The translations under genes and the position numbers were made by a program. Under the pieces are notes generated by a model. That model was not told the origin of the DNA. It was given only the letters and a program-made list of their open reading frames with translations, and did not search any database. Of a stretch of DNA of 21,496 nt, positions 1-10,545 are shown piece after piece. The number at the start of each line of letters is the position of its first letter. Position 1 is the stretch's first letter. This DNA is from Gammaproteobacteria bacterium (lineage in GTDB: Bacteria > Pseudomonadota > Gammaproteobacteria > GCA-001735895): contig JBNKUM010000029.1 of NCBI GenBank assembly GCA_050298595.1, forward strand, positions 1-21,496, given 5' to 3'.

Positions 1-122
1 GGTAAAAATGTACCAATACGGAATACAATCAAAGCGCCAATAACAAAAAAGATACGCTTTCTAAGTTCGCTCAGGCTACCACCCGACAGACTTGATGCCA
101 GTTGTGACGCCGAAGTGGACAT
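1..122 (-). CDS. secY: Preprotein translocase subunit SecY, N-terminal ~40 aa (runs off window start)
   Basis: Not in the ORF track. Read by hand from ATG at 122-120, which overlaps the rplO stop (TAATG): [41 protein letters not shown]. Matches the SecY TM1 pattern ELxxRxxFxxGALxVFRIG, in the canonical position after rplO. Confidence 0.96.
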   Translation of the reverse strand, partial: MSTSASQLASSLSGGSLSELRKRIFFVIGALIVFRIGTFL

Positions 123-556
123 TATTCTTCTACCTTACCGCCAGCCTGTTCAATAGCTGCTTTAGCGCCTTTGGTAGCCTTGATACCTTTCAGATTAACT
201 GCCTTTGTGATTTCACCAGACAGAAACACTTTAGCCTGACGAGTGAATTCAGGTACAACGTTTGCAGCAATCAAAGCCTGTAAATCAATAACATCAGCAT
301 CGATATTAGCCAGTTCGTTTAAACGAACTTCTGCTGAATATTTAGATTTACGTGCAGTAAAACCAAATTTTGGCAGGCGACGATGTAAAGGCATTTGACC
401 GCCTTCAAAACCAACCATAGGCTTACCGCCAGAACGAGATTTTAAACCCTTATGACCACGTCCACAGGTTTTACCCAAACCTGAACCAATACCGCGACCA
501 ACGCGTTTAGACGCCTTTGTTGAACCAGGCGCAGGTTTTAAAGTATTCAGGTACAT
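122..556 (-). CDS. rplO: 50S ribosomal protein L15 (uL15)
   Basis: 144 aa; [20 protein letters not shown] and [18 protein letters not shown] motifs; synteny. Confidence 0.99.
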   Translation of the reverse strand: MYLNTLKPAPGSTKASKRVGRGIGSGLGKTCGRGHKGLKSRSGGKPMVGFEGGQMPLHRRLPKFGFTARKSKYSAEVRLNELANIDADVIDLQALIAANVVPEFTRQAKVFLSGEITKAVNLKGIKATKGAKAAIEQAGGKVEE

Positions 557-750
557 TATGCTTCCTCGATGCTGAGCATGTAATGGATCTTGTTGATCAT
601 TCCACGATTTTCTGGAGTATCGATCACTTGAACTGTTTGGTGCATACGACGCAGTCCAAGGCCAGCGGCACAGGCCTTATGAGAGGCCAGACGTCCGTTT
701 AAACTTTTCACCAGCTTCACGCTGACCATTTTTTGATTATCTTTTGCCAT
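556..750 (-). CDS. rpmD: 50S ribosomal protein L30 (uL30)
   Basis: 64 aa; [11 protein letters not shown]...[12 protein letters not shown]; lies between rpsE and rplO; TAATG overlap with rplO. Confidence 0.98.
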   Translation of the reverse strand: MAKDNQKMVSVKLVKSLNGRLASHKACAAGLGLRRMHQTVQVIDTPENRGMINKIHYMLSIEEA

Positions 751-755
751 GACAG

Positions 756-1256
756 TTAACCCTTAATCTCTTCAACTGTTTTACCGCGTTTGGCAGCAAT
801 CATCTCAGGAGATTTCATATCCTGCAGACCTTTAATGGTGGCACGAACCAGATTAATAGGGTTACGTGATCCATTACATTTTGCCAGTACGTTACGCACA
901 CCTGCTACTTCAAGAACTGCACGCATCGCACCACCAGCGATAACACCGGTACCTTCAGATGCTGGCTGCATATAAACCTTAGCTGCGCCATGACGTGCAT
1001 TGACAGGATAATATAATGTACCATCAGTGATAGCCACCTTCACCAGACTTGCTCTAGCTTTCTCCATAGCCTTCTGAATAGCCAGGGGTACTTCACGAGC
1101 TTTACCGTAACCAAAGCCGACACGACCATTACCATCACCTACAACAGTAAGTGCTGTGAAGCCGAATTGACGACCACCTTTAACTACCTTGGCAACTCGA
1201 TTTACCGCAACAAGCTTTTCGGTTAAATCATCATTTGAAACTTGAGCATCTGACAT
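756..1256 (-). CDS. rpsE: 30S ribosomal protein S5 (uS5)
   Basis: 166 aa; [25 protein letters not shown] and [15 protein letters not shown]. Confidence 0.99.
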   Translation of the reverse strand: MSDAQVSNDDLTEKLVAVNRVAKVVKGGRQFGFTALTVVGDGNGRVGFGYGKAREVPLAIQKAMEKARASLVKVAITDGTLYYPVNARHGAAKVYMQPASEGTGVIAGGAMRAVLEVAGVRNVLAKCNGSRNPINLVRATIKGLQDMKSPEMIAAKRGKTVEEIKG

Positions 1257-1287
1257 AGTGCTTTCTCTTAAAACTTATAACGTAATT

Positions 1288-1641
1288 CTAGAATTTCAAT
1301 CCTGCTTCGCGCGCAGCATCAGCCAGCGCCTTAACACGACCATGATATTTAAAGCCTGAACGATCGAACGCAACAGATTCAATGCCAATAGCTTTAGCTT
1401 TTTCAGCAATTGCTTTACCGATAACAACAGCGGCATCAACATTACCTGTATATTTCAGATCTTTCTGAATTTCTTTACTCAGTGTTGAAACTGTAGCAAC
1501 AACCTGCCCGGTCTCACCAGAAGTAACCTGAGCATAGGTATGACGTGGCGTACGATAAACCGATAAACGCGCTACACCAAGTTCACGAATCTTGGCGCGA
1601 GTTTTACGAGAACGTCTAATACGTGATGATTTCTTATCCAT
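1288..1641 (-). CDS. rplR: 50S ribosomal protein L18 (uL18)
   Basis: 117 aa; [27 protein letters not shown]-terminus. Confidence 0.99.
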   Translation of the reverse strand: MDKKSSRIRRSRKTRAKIRELGVARLSVYRTPRHTYAQVTSGETGQVVATVSTLSKEIQKDLKYTGNVDAAVVIGKAIAEKAKAIGIESVAFDRSGFKYHGRVKALADAAREAGLKF

Positions 1642-1648
1642 TACTTAC

Positions 1649-2182
1649 CTACTTTTTCTTGGCTTCTTTTCTGATGATCTGCTCATCAGAATATTTAACC
1701 CCTTTACCTTTGTAAGGCTCAGGTGGACGATAAGCGCGAATTTCTGCTGAAACCTGCCCTACCTTCTGCTTATCACAACCGGATACAACAATCTCGGTTT
1801 GACTAGGCGTTTCGATAGTGATTCCATCAGGCACTTCATAATCAATTGGATGAGAAAAACCAAGTGATAGATTAAGCACTTTACCCTTGGATTGAGCACG
1901 GTAACCCACGCCAACCAGGTTTAATCGTTTTTCAAAACCCTGACTTACACCGGTAACGATATTATCAACAAGTGAACGCATGGTTCCTGTCATTGCAACC
2001 GAGGCTTTGTCATCATTTACCGCTTTGAAGGTCAGAACATTATCATTCTGTTCGAATGTAACGTCCTTATGAATGGTGATTGAAAGCTCACCCTTAGGAC
2101 CTTTAGCAGAAATAGTCTGACCACTGACCTTTAGATCAACGCCAGTTGGCATTTCTACCGGTTTGTTAGCTATTCTGGACAT
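1649..2182 (-). CDS. rplF: 50S ribosomal protein L6 (uL6)
   Basis: 177 aa; MSRIA start, LGFSHP and [13 protein letters not shown] motifs. Confidence 0.99.
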   Translation of the reverse strand: MSRIANKPVEMPTGVDLKVSGQTISAKGPKGELSITIHKDVTFEQNDNVLTFKAVNDDKASVAMTGTMRSLVDNIVTGVSQGFEKRLNLVGVGYRAQSKGKVLNLSLGFSHPIDYEVPDGITIETPSQTEIVVSGCDKQKVGQVSAEIRAYRPPEPYKGKGVKYSDEQIIRKEAKKK

Positions 2183-2192
2183 GTTGGCAACC

Positions 2193-2585
2193 TTATACGA
2201 CAGTACAGATTACTTCGCCACCGTTTCCAGTAGCCCGGGCCTGCTTCTCAGTCATCACGCCCTGAGACGTGGAAATAATAGCAATACCCAGACCACCGTT
2301 GACCGATGGGAGTTCATCTTTAGATTTAAAAATACGCAGGCCAGGACGACTGACGCGCTTGATTTCTTCAATAACAGGTTTACCCTGAAAATATTTAAGC
2401 TCAATGTTTAATACTTTTTTAGTCTCACCACTGACACTGTAGTCGGTGATATAACCTTCATCTTTAAGTACTTTGGCAATATTTTCTTTCTGGGTAGAAG
2501 ATGGCATAGAAACACCAACTTTGGTTGCACGTTGTGCATTACGCACGCGTGTCAACATATCAGAAACGGGATCTTGTAGACTCAT
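2193..2585 (-). CDS. rpsH: 30S ribosomal protein S8 (uS8)
   Basis: 130 aa; [42 protein letters not shown]. Confidence 0.99.
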   Translation of the reverse strand: MSLQDPVSDMLTRVRNAQRATKVGVSMPSSTQKENIAKVLKDEGYITDYSVSGETKKVLNIELKYFQGKPVIEEIKRVSRPGLRIFKSKDELPSVNGGLGIAIISTSQGVMTEKQARATGNGGEVICTVV

Positions 2586-2597
2586 ATCAGTTCTCTC

Positions 2598-2903
2598 TTA
2601 CCAGCTCGCTTTAACCAGACCGGGCACATCGCCACGCATCGCAGCTTCGCGTAATTTAATACGGCTTAAACCAAATTTACGGTAGAAACCATGTGGACGA
2701 CCTGTCAAACGACAACGGTTATGTTGACGTACAGGTGAAGAGTCACGTGGTAACTTCTGTAATGCATCAACAGCAGCCATTTTCTCTTCAAATGGCGCTT
2801 CAGGATTACTGATGATTGATTTCAGTTCGGTTCTTTTCTGAGCATAACGAGCAACCAGCTTGGTGCGTTTTGCTTCGCGTTGAACCATAGATAACTTAGC
2901 CAT
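2598..2903 (-). CDS. rpsN: 30S ribosomal protein S14 (uS14), long zinc-independent (C-) form
   Basis: 101 aa; [25 protein letters not shown]...[11 protein letters not shown]; only one Cys, so no zinc ribbon. Confidence 0.99.
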   Translation of the reverse strand: MAKLSMVQREAKRTKLVARYAQKRTELKSIISNPEAPFEEKMAAVDALQKLPRDSSPVRQHNRCRLTGRPHGFYRKFGLSRIKLREAAMRGDVPGLVKASW

Positions 2904-2918
2904 ATCTGATAACCTGGT

Positions 2919-3458
2919 TTAATTCTTAAATGGGAAACTAAAAGCCGACAACAGTGCACGACCTTCTTCATCATTTGCAGCAGTGGTAGTAAATGTAATA
3001 TTCATACCACGTAACTTGTCTATCTTGTCATAATCGATTTCAGGGAAAACGATTTGCTCGGTCAGGCCCATGTTGTAATTACCACGACCATCAAAAGACT
3101 TGGGACTCAGACCACGAAAATCTCGAATACGTGGAATTGAGAAATTAACCAGACGATCCAGGAATTCGTACATACGATCCTTACGCAGGGTAACCTTGCA
3201 ACCAACCGGCCAGTTTTCACGAATTTTGAAGCCCGCAATAGCCTTTTTTGACATAGTAACAACTGCTTTTTGCCCAGCGATCTGTTCCATATCACGTACA
3301 GCGCTTTCAATTACTTTCTTGTCGCCAACCGCATCACCCAGACCCATATTTAATGTAATCTTGGTAAATTTTGGAATCTGCATTGCAGATGCATAGTTAA
3401 ATTGATCCTGAAGCTGTTGCTTCACGGTATCACGGTAAAATTGCTCTAATCTTGTCAT
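2919..3458 (-). CDS. rplE: 50S ribosomal protein L5 (uL5)
   Basis: 179 aa; [36 protein letters not shown]. Confidence 0.99.
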   Translation of the reverse strand: MTRLEQFYRDTVKQQLQDQFNYASAMQIPKFTKITLNMGLGDAVGDKKVIESAVRDMEQIAGQKAVVTMSKKAIAGFKIRENWPVGCKVTLRKDRMYEFLDRLVNFSIPRIRDFRGLSPKSFDGRGNYNMGLTEQIVFPEIDYDKIDKLRGMNITFTTTAANDEEGRALLSAFSFPFKN

Positions 3459-3470
3459 CGTCTGGTACCG

Positions 3471-3788
3471 TTAAACGTCAATTACTTCGCCGTTAGATTT
3501 AAAGTAACGGACTTTTCGGTTATCTTCTAAAACCTTGAATCCAACTCTATCGCCTTTCTCAGTTTGCGAATTGTAAATCATCACATTCGACTGCTGGATA
3601 GGGGCTTCTCTGGAAATAATACCTCCAGTCTCACCTGTATTAGGGTTAGGCTTAACATGCTTCTTAACAATATTGACGTTCTCAACCAGCAAACGGTTTT
3701 CGTCAATACGCTTAAGCACGCTACCTCTTTGCCCTTTACTGCGTCCCGAAATCACAATGACTTCGTCACCTTTTCTAATCTTGTTCAT
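3471..3788 (-). CDS. rplX: 50S ribosomal protein L24 (uL24)
   Basis: 105 aa; [20 protein letters not shown] motif, [19 protein letters not shown]. Confidence 0.99.
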   Translation of the reverse strand: MNKIRKGDEVIVISGRSKGQRGSVLKRIDENRLLVENVNIVKKHVKPNPNTGETGGIISREAPIQQSNVMIYNSQTEKGDRVGFKVLEDNRKVRYFKSNGEVIDV

Positions 3789-3801
3789 GACTCAACCTTT
3801 C

Positions 3802-4170
3802 CTAAAGCACTTCAGGCGCCAGTGAGATAATTTTCATAAACTTCTCACCACGCAATTCACGAGTTACTGGACCAAAGATACGGGTTCCAATTGGCTGCAG
3901 ATTATTGTTAAGAATAACTGCCGCATTACCGTCAAACTTAATTAACGATCCATCAGGACGACGCACGCCTTTTGCAGTACGAACGACTACCGCATTGTAA
4001 ACTTCGCCTTTTTTAACCTTACCGCGAGGAATAGCATCCTTGATGCTAACCTTGATAATATCGCCAATACCTGCATAACGTCGCTTGGAGCCACCCAGTA
4101 CCTTAATACACTGAACTCTACGAGCGCCGCTGTTATCAGCCGCAGTCAAAACTGTTTGCATTTGAATCAT
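3802..4170 (-). CDS. rplN: 50S ribosomal protein L14 (uL14)
   Basis: 122 aa; [47 protein letters not shown]. Confidence 0.99.
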   Translation of the reverse strand: MIQMQTVLTAADNSGARRVQCIKVLGGSKRRYAGIGDIIKVSIKDAIPRGKVKKGEVYNAVVVRTAKGVRRPDGSLIKFDGNAAVILNNNLQPIGTRIFGPVTRELRGEKFMKIISLAPEVL

Positions 4171-4195
4171 TTTAGTACCCTACCAATCCCAGCTT

Positions 4196-4456
4196 TTAGC
4201 TCGCTTTTTCTACGATCTTAACCAAAGCCCATGACTTGGTTTTAGAGATCGGACGACATTCAGTAATCTGCACGGTGTCTCCCATGGAGCACTCGTTGTT
4301 TTCATCATGTACATGCAGTTTTGTAGATTTCTTAACGAACTTGCCGTACAAAGGATGCTTAACCTTTCTTTCGATAAGCACAGTTGCAGATTTGTCCATC
4401 TTGTTACTGATGACTGAACCTATCTGAATTCTTAACACTTTTTCTTCATTGCTCAT
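4196..4456 (-). CDS. rpsQ: 30S ribosomal protein S17 (uS17)
   Basis: [38 protein letters not shown]. Three tandem ATGs start at 4462, 4459 and 4456. I chose 4456 because a GGTGA SD-like motif lies 6 nt upstream; the start is uncertain by up to 2 codons. Confidence 0.97.
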   Translation of the reverse strand: MSNEEKVLRIQIGSVISNKMDKSATVLIERKVKHPLYGKFVKKSTKLHVHDENNECSMGDTVQITECRPISKTKSWALVKIVEKAS

Positions 4457-4458
4457 CA

Positions 4459-4656
4459 TCATTCACCGTTATTTCTTTTTTCGGTCATAACAGTTTTCAC
4501 ACGTGCAATGTTTCTACGCACCTTGGTAAACTGATCTGAACGTGCCGTCTGGCCAATTGCTTTTTGCATTCTAAGATTAAACTGTTCTCTTAAAAGACCA
4601 GTTAATTCTTCGCGTAATTCAGCATCTGATTTAGAACGTAATTGTTTAGCGTCCAT
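4459..4656 (-). CDS. rpmC: 50S ribosomal protein L29 (uL29)
   Basis: 65 aa; [11 protein letters not shown]...[11 protein letters not shown]; TAATG overlap with rplP. Confidence 0.99.
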   Translation of the reverse strand: MDAKQLRSKSDAELREELTGLLREQFNLRMQKAIGQTARSDQFTKVRRNIARVKTVMTEKRNNGE

Positions 4657-5069
4657 TACATGACCTGCCTGATAACAAAATTGGTTTTAAAAGGTAGTTT
4701 GGCTGCAGCCAGCTTGAATGCATTACGTGCAATCTCTTCAGAAACACCTTCCATCTCATATAACATCTTTCCGGGCTGAATCTTACAAACCCAGTACTCA
4801 ACATTACCCTTACCTTTACCCATACGTACTTCAAGCGGCTTTTTTGAAATCGGCACATCCGGGAACACACGGATCCAGATTTTACCACCACGTTTAATAT
4901 AACGGGTCATGGCACGACGAGCAGATTCAATCTGACGAGCAGTAATTCTGCCACGTTCACTGGCCTGTAAGCCGAACTGACCAAAGCTAACCTTATTACC
5001 GTTAGTGGCCAGACCGCGGTTGCGACCTTTAAACTGCTTTCTAAATTTTGTACGTTTAGGCTGTAACAT
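4656..5069 (-). CDS. rplP: 50S ribosomal protein L16 (uL16)
   Basis: 137 aa; [33 protein letters not shown]. Confidence 0.99.
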   Translation of the reverse strand: MLQPKRTKFRKQFKGRNRGLATNGNKVSFGQFGLQASERGRITARQIESARRAMTRYIKRGGKIWIRVFPDVPISKKPLEVRMGKGKGNVEYWVCKIQPGKMLYEMEGVSEEIARNAFKLAAAKLPFKTNFVIRQVM

Positions 5070-5094
5070 AATTCAATCTTTCCTGGCTACTCAA

Positions 5095-5775
5095 CTACTT
5101 ACCGGACTTATTAGTCGCAGAAGCATGTTTAGACTCAAGGTCAAAAACTTCACCTTTGTAAATCCACACCTTGACACCTAAAATTCCATAAGTAGTCAAA
5201 GCTTCGGCTGTACCATAATCAACATCAGCACGCAGGGTATGTAGAGGCACACGGCCTTCTCGATACCACTCGTTACGAGCAATCTCAGCGCCATTCAGAC
5301 GACCAGATATATTGATCTTGATACCTTCAGCACCAATACGCATTGCATTAGTAACTGATCGACGCATAGCACGGCGAAACATGACACGACGCTCTAACTG
5401 CTGAGCAATACTTTCAGCAACTAGATATGCATCCAGCTCAGGTTTGCGAATCTCTTCAATGTTTATCTTCACATTGTTAATGTGAACATTTACCAGAGAA
5501 GAAACGTCTTTACGCAGCTTCTCAATATCCTCACCTTTCTTACCGATGATGATACCTGGACGAGCCGAGTGTAGTGTGATCGCAATCGATTTTGCAGGAC
5601 GAGCAATAGCTATACGACTAACACCAGCCTGGCTCAGCTTCTTTTTCAGATACTCACGAATCTTCAAATCTTCGTGCAGAAAATCTGCATACTGAGCGCC
5701 ATCTGCATACCACTTTGAAGTCCAGTCTGTGGCAATACCCAGTCGAATACCCGTTGGATGTACTTTTTGTCCCAT
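5095..5775 (-). CDS. rpsC: 30S ribosomal protein S3 (uS3)
   Basis: 226 aa; [25 protein letters not shown] (KH domain), [26 protein letters not shown]. Confidence 0.99.
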   Translation of the reverse strand: MGQKVHPTGIRLGIATDWTSKWYADGAQYADFLHEDLKIREYLKKKLSQAGVSRIAIARPAKSIAITLHSARPGIIIGKKGEDIEKLRKDVSSLVNVHINNVKINIEEIRKPELDAYLVAESIAQQLERRVMFRRAMRRSVTNAMRIGAEGIKINISGRLNGAEIARNEWYREGRVPLHTLRADVDYGTAEALTTYGILGVKVWIYKGEVFDLESKHASATNKSGK

Positions 5776-5789
5776 CTGTGCCTCTTTAC

Positions 5790-6119
5790 CTAATCTGCCA
5801 CTGTCACGGTGATGTGACTTGTACGTTTTAAAATTCTGTTACCGCGTCCTTTTGCTCTAGCGCGCATGCGCTTCAGACTAGGACCTTGATCGACGTAAAT
5901 AGTAGATACTTTTAACTCGTCAATATCAGCACCATCGTTATGCTCAGCGTTAGCAATAGCAGACTCGAGAACTTTACGAACCAGCTCAGCTGCCTTCTTG
6001 TTACTGAACTTCAGTATAGTAAGCGCCTTATCTACAGGCAGACCTCTAACCTGGTCAGCAACCAGACGAGCCTTCTGAGCCGAGATTTTTGCGTTACGAT
6101 GTTTCGCACAAGTTTGCAT
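5790..6119 (-). CDS. rplV: 50S ribosomal protein L22 (uL22)
   Basis: 109 aa; [45 protein letters not shown]. Confidence 0.99.
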   Translation of the reverse strand: MQTCAKHRNAKISAQKARLVADQVRGLPVDKALTILKFSNKKAAELVRKVLESAIANAEHNDGADIDELKVSTIYVDQGPSLKRMRARAKGRGNRILKRTSHITVTVAD

Positions 6120-6124
6120 AACGA

Positions 6125-6400
6125 TTACCTTTTAGCCTTCTTGTCAACTACATGACCACGGTATGTACGAGTTAAGGAGAATTCTCCCAACTTATGACCC
6201 ACCATGTTTTCATTAATCAATACCGGCACATGCTGCTTACCATTATGGATAGCAATGGTTAAACCAACCATATCCGGAATTACCATCGAACGACGCGACC
6301 AGGTTTTGATCGGACGCTTGTTATTTGTTTCAACCGCATTCTGTACCTTCTGATACAGATGGTGATCAATAAATGGGCCTTTCTTTAGTGAGCGTGGCAC
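6125..6400 (-). CDS. rpsS: 30S ribosomal protein S19 (uS19)
   Basis: 91 aa, GTG start; [37 protein letters not shown]. Confidence 0.99.
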   Translation of the reverse strand: MPRSLKKGPFIDHHLYQKVQNAVETNNKRPIKTWSRRSMVIPDMVGLTIAIHNGKQHVPVLINENMVGHKLGEFSLTRTYRGHVVDKKAKR

Positions 6401-6406
6401 GTCAAA

Positions 6407-7234
6407 TTACCTCTTAGTCCTGTTACGAACAATCAACTTGTCCGTACGTTTATTGGTACGAGTCTTATAACCCTTGGTTGGCATACCCCATGGGGAGACC
6501 GGATGACGACCACCTGAAGTACGACCTTCACCACCACCATGTGGATGATCAACAGGGTTCATGGCAACACCACGAACAGTTGGGCGAACACCTCTCCATC
6601 TGGTTGCACCAGCCTTACCTAAAGAACGCAGCGCATGCTCTCCATTACCAACCTCACCAAGTGTTGCACGGCATTCTGACAATACTTTACGCATTTCACC
6701 TGAACGTAAACGCAGTGTGGAATAAGCACCATCACGAGCCACGAACTGAACAGATGTTCCTGCTGAACGAGCAATCTGAGCACCTTTTCCTGGCTTTAGC
6801 TCTACACAATGAACAACCGAACCCACCGGAATATTGCGCAATGGCAAACAATTTCCAGGCCTGATACCAGCATCATCACCTGAGCGTACACGATCATCAG
6901 CTTTAACACCCTTTGGGGCGATAATATAGCGACGCTCTCCGTCGGCATATTTAAGCAGTGCGATATGAGCACTACGATTTGGATCATATTCAATACGCTC
7001 AACCACAGCTTCGATGCCATCCTTATTGCGTTTGAAATCGATAGTTCTATAACGCTGCTTATGACCACCACCATGGTGACGCGTTGTAATACGGCCCGAA
7101 TTATTACGACCACCGGTCTTAGATTTCTTTTCAACTAAACTTTCAAAAGGTTTACCTTTATGCAGACCAGGTGTTTTAACCTGTACTACAAAACGACGAC
7201 CTGCCGAAGTTGGTTTTGCTTTAACTAATGCCAT
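6407..7234 (-). CDS. rplB: 50S ribosomal protein L2 (uL2)
   Basis: 275 aa; [36 protein letters not shown]. Confidence 0.99.
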   Translation of the reverse strand: MALVKAKPTSAGRRFVVQVKTPGLHKGKPFESLVEKKSKTGGRNNSGRITTRHHGGGHKQRYRTIDFKRNKDGIEAVVERIEYDPNRSAHIALLKYADGERRYIIAPKGVKADDRVRSGDDAGIRPGNCLPLRNIPVGSVVHCVELKPGKGAQIARSAGTSVQFVARDGAYSTLRLRSGEMRKVLSECRATLGEVGNGEHALRSLGKAGATRWRGVRPTVRGVAMNPVDHPHGGGEGRTSGGRHPVSPWGMPTKGYKTRTNKRTDKLIVRNRTKR

Positions 7235-7239
7235 AAGAT

Positions 7240-7539
7240 TTATCCGCCGACTGCTGCCAGGTCAATTTCGTGACCCTGTTCGAGAGAAACATATGCTTTT
7301 TTCCAGTCATTACGCTTACCCAAACGAATACCTTGACGTTTGGTTTTGCCCTTGACGTTAGCTGTACGCACTTTAGAAACCTTCACATTAAACAACTGTT
7401 CAACTGCCTGTTTGATTTCATCTTTTTTTGCGTCAGTAGCAACTCTGAAAACATGCTGATTTGAAGCATCGCCGACAATAGCGGCTTTTTCAGAGATGTG
7501 CGGTGCTCTCAACACCTTGAAAATTCTTTCCTGATTCAT
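7240..7539 (-). CDS. rplW: 50S ribosomal protein L23 (uL23)
   Basis: 99 aa; [30 protein letters not shown]; ATGA overlap with rplD. Confidence 0.99.
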   Translation of the reverse strand: MNQERIFKVLRAPHISEKAAIVGDASNQHVFRVATDAKKDEIKQAVEQLFNVKVSKVRTANVKGKTKRQGIRLGKRNDWKKAYVSLEQGHEIDLAAVGG

Positions 7540-8141
7540 GCCAGACGCTCCTCAAGCTTTTTCAATGCAGTCTGATCAATCACAACCTTGTCAAATCGAA
7601 CCAGAGACAGAGGATCAACGATTGATACATCCATAACCAGCAGGTTGGGGATATTTCTCGAAGCCAGATAAAGGTTGCTATCCAGGCCATCTGTTAGAAT
7701 CAATGCCTGAGTAACACCAAGTTCAGCCAGTTTAGCGGCCATCAACTTTGTTTTTGGCTCAGCGACAGACAGCTCATCCACAACAACAAGGCGATCCTGT
7801 CTAACCAGCTCAGATACAATGCTGCACATACCAGCACGGTACATCTTCTTATTCAGCTTCTTACTATAGTCGCGTGGACGCGCTGCAAAAGTAACACCAC
7901 CACTACGCCATAAAGGACTACGAATTGTTCCAGCACGTGCACGGCCAGTACCTTTCTGACGAAATGGCTTAGCACCACCACCTCTAACATCTGAACGAGT
8001 CTTTTGAGCTACAGTACCTGCACGAGCAGCACTCATAAAAGAAACCACCAGTTGATGCACCAGGGTTTCATTAAACTCGACACCGAATGCAGCATCGCTT
8101 ACCGACACCGTATTACCGGAGTTATGTATTGAAATATCCAT
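7536..8141 (-). CDS. rplD: 50S ribosomal protein L4 (uL4)
   Basis: [40 protein letters not shown] at 8141 preferred; the in-frame GTG at 8144 is an alternative start. Confidence 0.98.
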   Translation of the reverse strand: MDISIHNSGNTVSVSDAAFGVEFNETLVHQLVVSFMSAARAGTVAQKTRSDVRGGGAKPFRQKGTGRARAGTIRSPLWRSGGVTFAARPRDYSKKLNKKMYRAGMCSIVSELVRQDRLVVVDELSVAEPKTKLMAAKLAELGVTQALILTDGLDSNLYLASRNIPNLLVMDVSIVDPLSLVRFDKVVIDQTALKKLEERLA

Positions 8142-8153
8142 CACTCTTGTCTC

Positions 8154-8786
8154 TTAACTTTTTGACGCAGGACGCACAATCACATCACTACTCTTAGAGC
8201 CTGGCACAGGCCCTCTAATCAATAATAGATTACGTTCAGCATCAACACGCATGATCTCAAGATTTTGCGTAGTTTGCCTAACCGCACCCATATGCCCCGC
8301 CATTTTCTTACCCTTAAAAACACGACCCGGTGTCTGGTTCTGTCCGATTGAACCCGGCGCACGGTGAGAAACTGAGTTACCATGCGTTGCATCCTGCATA
8401 TGAAAATTATGACGCTTTACGCCACCAGCGAAACCTTTACCTATAGTTGTTCCAGTCACATCAACCTGTTGACCCTGCTCAAAGATATCAACCTTAATCT
8501 CTGAACCGAGTTCAAATTCATCAACTGAATCAACACGAAATTCCATCGCGATACGACCCGGCTCAACACCTGCCTTACGATAGTGACCAGCCATAGGTCT
8601 GGTAACACGACTGGGACGACGTGATCCAGCAATAACCTGTATAGCGGTATACCCATCCGTATCTACAGTTTTTAACTGTGACACACGATTTGGCTCTACC
8701 TCAATGACGGTAACGGGTGTAGAAACACCATCATCAGAGAAAACCCTGGTCATACCAACTTTTCGCCCAACTAAACCGAGAGACAT
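8154..8786 (-). CDS. rplC: 50S ribosomal protein L3 (uL3)
   Basis: [50 protein letters not shown]. Start moved from the track's TTG (8798) to ATG 8786, which follows GAGG (8793-8796) by 6 nt; 210 aa. Confidence 0.99.
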   Translation of the reverse strand: MSLGLVGRKVGMTRVFSDDGVSTPVTVIEVEPNRVSQLKTVDTDGYTAIQVIAGSRRPSRVTRPMAGHYRKAGVEPGRIAMEFRVDSVDEFELGSEIKVDIFEQGQQVDVTGTTIGKGFAGGVKRHNFHMQDATHGNSVSHRAPGSIGQNQTPGRVFKGKKMAGHMGAVRQTTQNLEIMRVDAERNLLLIRGPVPGSKSSDVIVRPASKS

Positions 8787-8872
8787 TGTTAACCTCAAAT
8801 CATATCTTGCTGAAATTTTTCAGCTTTTTTAAAACTAACGGCCTGATACAGAAAACCGCATCAGGCCGCGAG
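8787..8872 (-). promoter_or_regulatory. Structured 5' leader of rplC (two hairpins; candidate attenuator or r-protein autoregulatory element)
   Basis: Hairpin 1 (8839-8868): CGGCCUGAUGCGG-UUUU-CUGUAUCAGGCCG, 13 bp with 2 G.U, followed by UUAGUUUU (8831-8838). Hairpin 2 (8809-8824): GCUGAA-AAAU-UUCAGC. Function is inferred. Confidence 0.6.
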
Positions 8873-8940
8873 GGCGCGCACTATAACAGAATATTACAGA
8901 TTAGTTAAGAACTATTCGGCAATTTATAACTGTTTTTTTT
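8872..8940 (-). promoter_or_regulatory. Sigma70 promoter for the rplC...secY operon (extended -10, GC-rich discriminator)
   Basis: -35 TTAACT (8903-8908), 17-bp spacer, TGn-TATAGT extended -10 (hexamer 8880-8885), discriminator GCGCGCCC (8872-8879), and an upstream A/T-rich tract (8921-8940). This layout is typical of ppGpp/DksA-controlled r-protein promoters. Confidence 0.75.
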
Positions 8941-8978
8941 CGTGTCGCAAAAACCTCACACAACAGCCAATTCTGGCA

Positions 8979-9293
8979 CTAATTCAACTTAATTTGCACG
9001 TCCACACCAGCCGCCAGATCAAGCTTCATAAGCGCATCAACAGTCTTGTCTGTAGGATCAATAATATCCATCAGGCGCTTATGAGTACGAATCTCATACT
9101 GATCTCGCGCATCCTTATTTACATGCGGAGAAATCAGAACTGTAAATCGCTCTTTGCGTGTTGGTAAAGGAATCGGCCCCTTAACACGGGCACCAGTTCT
9201 TTTTGCGGTCTCAACAATCTCGGCCGCACTACGATCTATCAGACGATGATCGAAGGCTTTCAGACGGATACGGATGTTTTGATTAGTTGCCAT
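8979..9293 (-). CDS. rpsJ: 30S ribosomal protein S10 (uS10/NusE)
   Basis: 104 aa; [40 protein letters not shown]. Confidence 0.99.
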   Translation of the reverse strand: MATNQNIRIRLKAFDHRLIDRSAAEIVETAKRTGARVKGPIPLPTRKERFTVLISPHVNKDARDQYEIRTHKRLMDIIDPTDKTVDALMKLDLAAGVDVQIKLN

Positions 9294-9312
9294 AATATTT
9301 TCTCAGTAAAAC

Positions 9313-10503
9313 TTATTCGATGATCTTGGAGACAACGCCCGCACCAACGGTACGACCACCTTCTCGAATCGCAAAACGCAATCCATCATCCATTGCTATC
9401 GGTGCAATCAGGCTAACAACCATTTTTACATTGTCGCCAGGCATGACCATTTCTACGCCTTCTGGCAGATCACAGGCACCGGTTACGTCGGTTGTACGGA
9501 AGTAGAACTGTGGACGATAACCATTAAAGAATGGCGTATGACGTCCACCTTCATCTTTTGACAGGATGTAGACCTCTGCTTCGAATTTTGTATGCGGTGT
9601 AATTGATCCCGGCTTGGCCAGTACCTGTCCACGTTCCACGTCTTCACGCTTGGTACCACGTAACAGGATACCTACATTGTCACCAGCACGGCCTTCGTCC
9701 AGCAATTTGCGGAACATTTCAACACCAGTACAGGTGGTTTTTACCGTATCTTTGATGCCAACGATTTCAATTTCTTCACCAACCTTGATAATACCGCGCT
9801 CGATACGTCCGGTTACTACCGTACCACGACCTGAGATTGAGAATACATCTTCCACAGGCATGATGAAATCACCATCAACAGCACGCTCTGGTTCTGGCAC
9901 ATAAGTATCCAGCGCTTCTACTAGCTTAAGGATTGAACCCTTGCCCATATCTGATTCATCACCTTCCAGTGCTTTCAGCGCTGATCCGGTAATAATAGGT
10001 GTGTCGTCACCAGGGAATTCGTACTGGTCTAGTAGTTCACGAATTTCCATTTCAACCAGCTCTAGTAATTCTTCATCGTCTACCATGTCGGCTTTGTTCA
10101 TATATACAACAATATAAGGAACGCCAACCTGACGAGATAACAGGATGTGCTCACGTGTTTGTGGCATTGGGCCATCTGCTGCAGATACAACTAGAATCGC
10201 ACCATCCATCTGTGCAGCACCGGTGATCATGTTCTTAACATAGTCGGCGTGCCCTGGGCAGTCTACGTGCGCGTAGTGACGATTGGCTGATTCGTATTCT
10301 ACATGCGAGGTTGCAATCGTGATGCCGCGCTCTCTTTCTTCAGGTGCGTTATCGATTTCATCGAAAGCTTTCGCTGTTCCGCCCATTGCTTCGGCCATGA
10401 CTTTGGTCAACGCTGCTGTTAACGTCGTCTTACCATGATCTACGTGACCAATCGTTCCCACGTTTACATGGGGTTTATTTCTTTCGAATTTTTCCTTTGA
10501 CAC
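9313..10503 (-). CDS. tuf: Elongation factor Tu
   Basis: 396 aa, GTG start; [51 protein letters not shown]. Confidence 0.99.
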   Translation of the reverse strand: MSKEKFERNKPHVNVGTIGHVDHGKTTLTAALTKVMAEAMGGTAKAFDEIDNAPEERERGITIATSHVEYESANRHYAHVDCPGHADYVKNMITGAAQMDGAILVVSAADGPMPQTREHILLSRQVGVPYIVVYMNKADMVDDEELLELVEMEIRELLDQYEFPGDDTPIITGSALKALEGDESDMGKGSILKLVEALDTYVPEPERAVDGDFIMPVEDVFSISGRGTVVTGRIERGIIKVGEEIEIVGIKDTVKTTCTGVEMFRKLLDEGRAGDNVGILLRGTKREDVERGQVLAKPGSITPHTKFEAEVYILSKDEGGRHTPFFNGYRPQFYFRTTDVTGACDLPEGVEMVMPGDNVKMVVSLIAPIAMDDGLRFAIREGGRTVGAGVVSKIIE

Positions 10504-10545
10504 GACCTATCTACCTCTATCAAACAATAACATCAAGTTAATCAA

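Noticed and set aside
2598-2903. Zinc-free S14 as a zinc-starvation paralogue
   Set aside because: The 101-aa C- form is the standard spc-operon S14 in Gammaproteobacteria.
8839-8868. Resemblance of the rplC leader hairpin (GCCTGATGCG...TATCAGGCC) to enterobacterial REP elements
   Set aside because: It is single-copy in the window, lacks the flanking GTAG/CTAC tetranucleotide, and no RAYT transposase is present. Its position at a predicted TSS fits a leader better.
8930-8978. Possible terminator after rpsJ (GCCA-GAAU-UGGC and a weak GUGU/ACAC stem)
   Set aside because: The stems are short and are followed by an A-tract, not a U-tract, on the coding strand. The A-tract fits better as an upstream promoter element.
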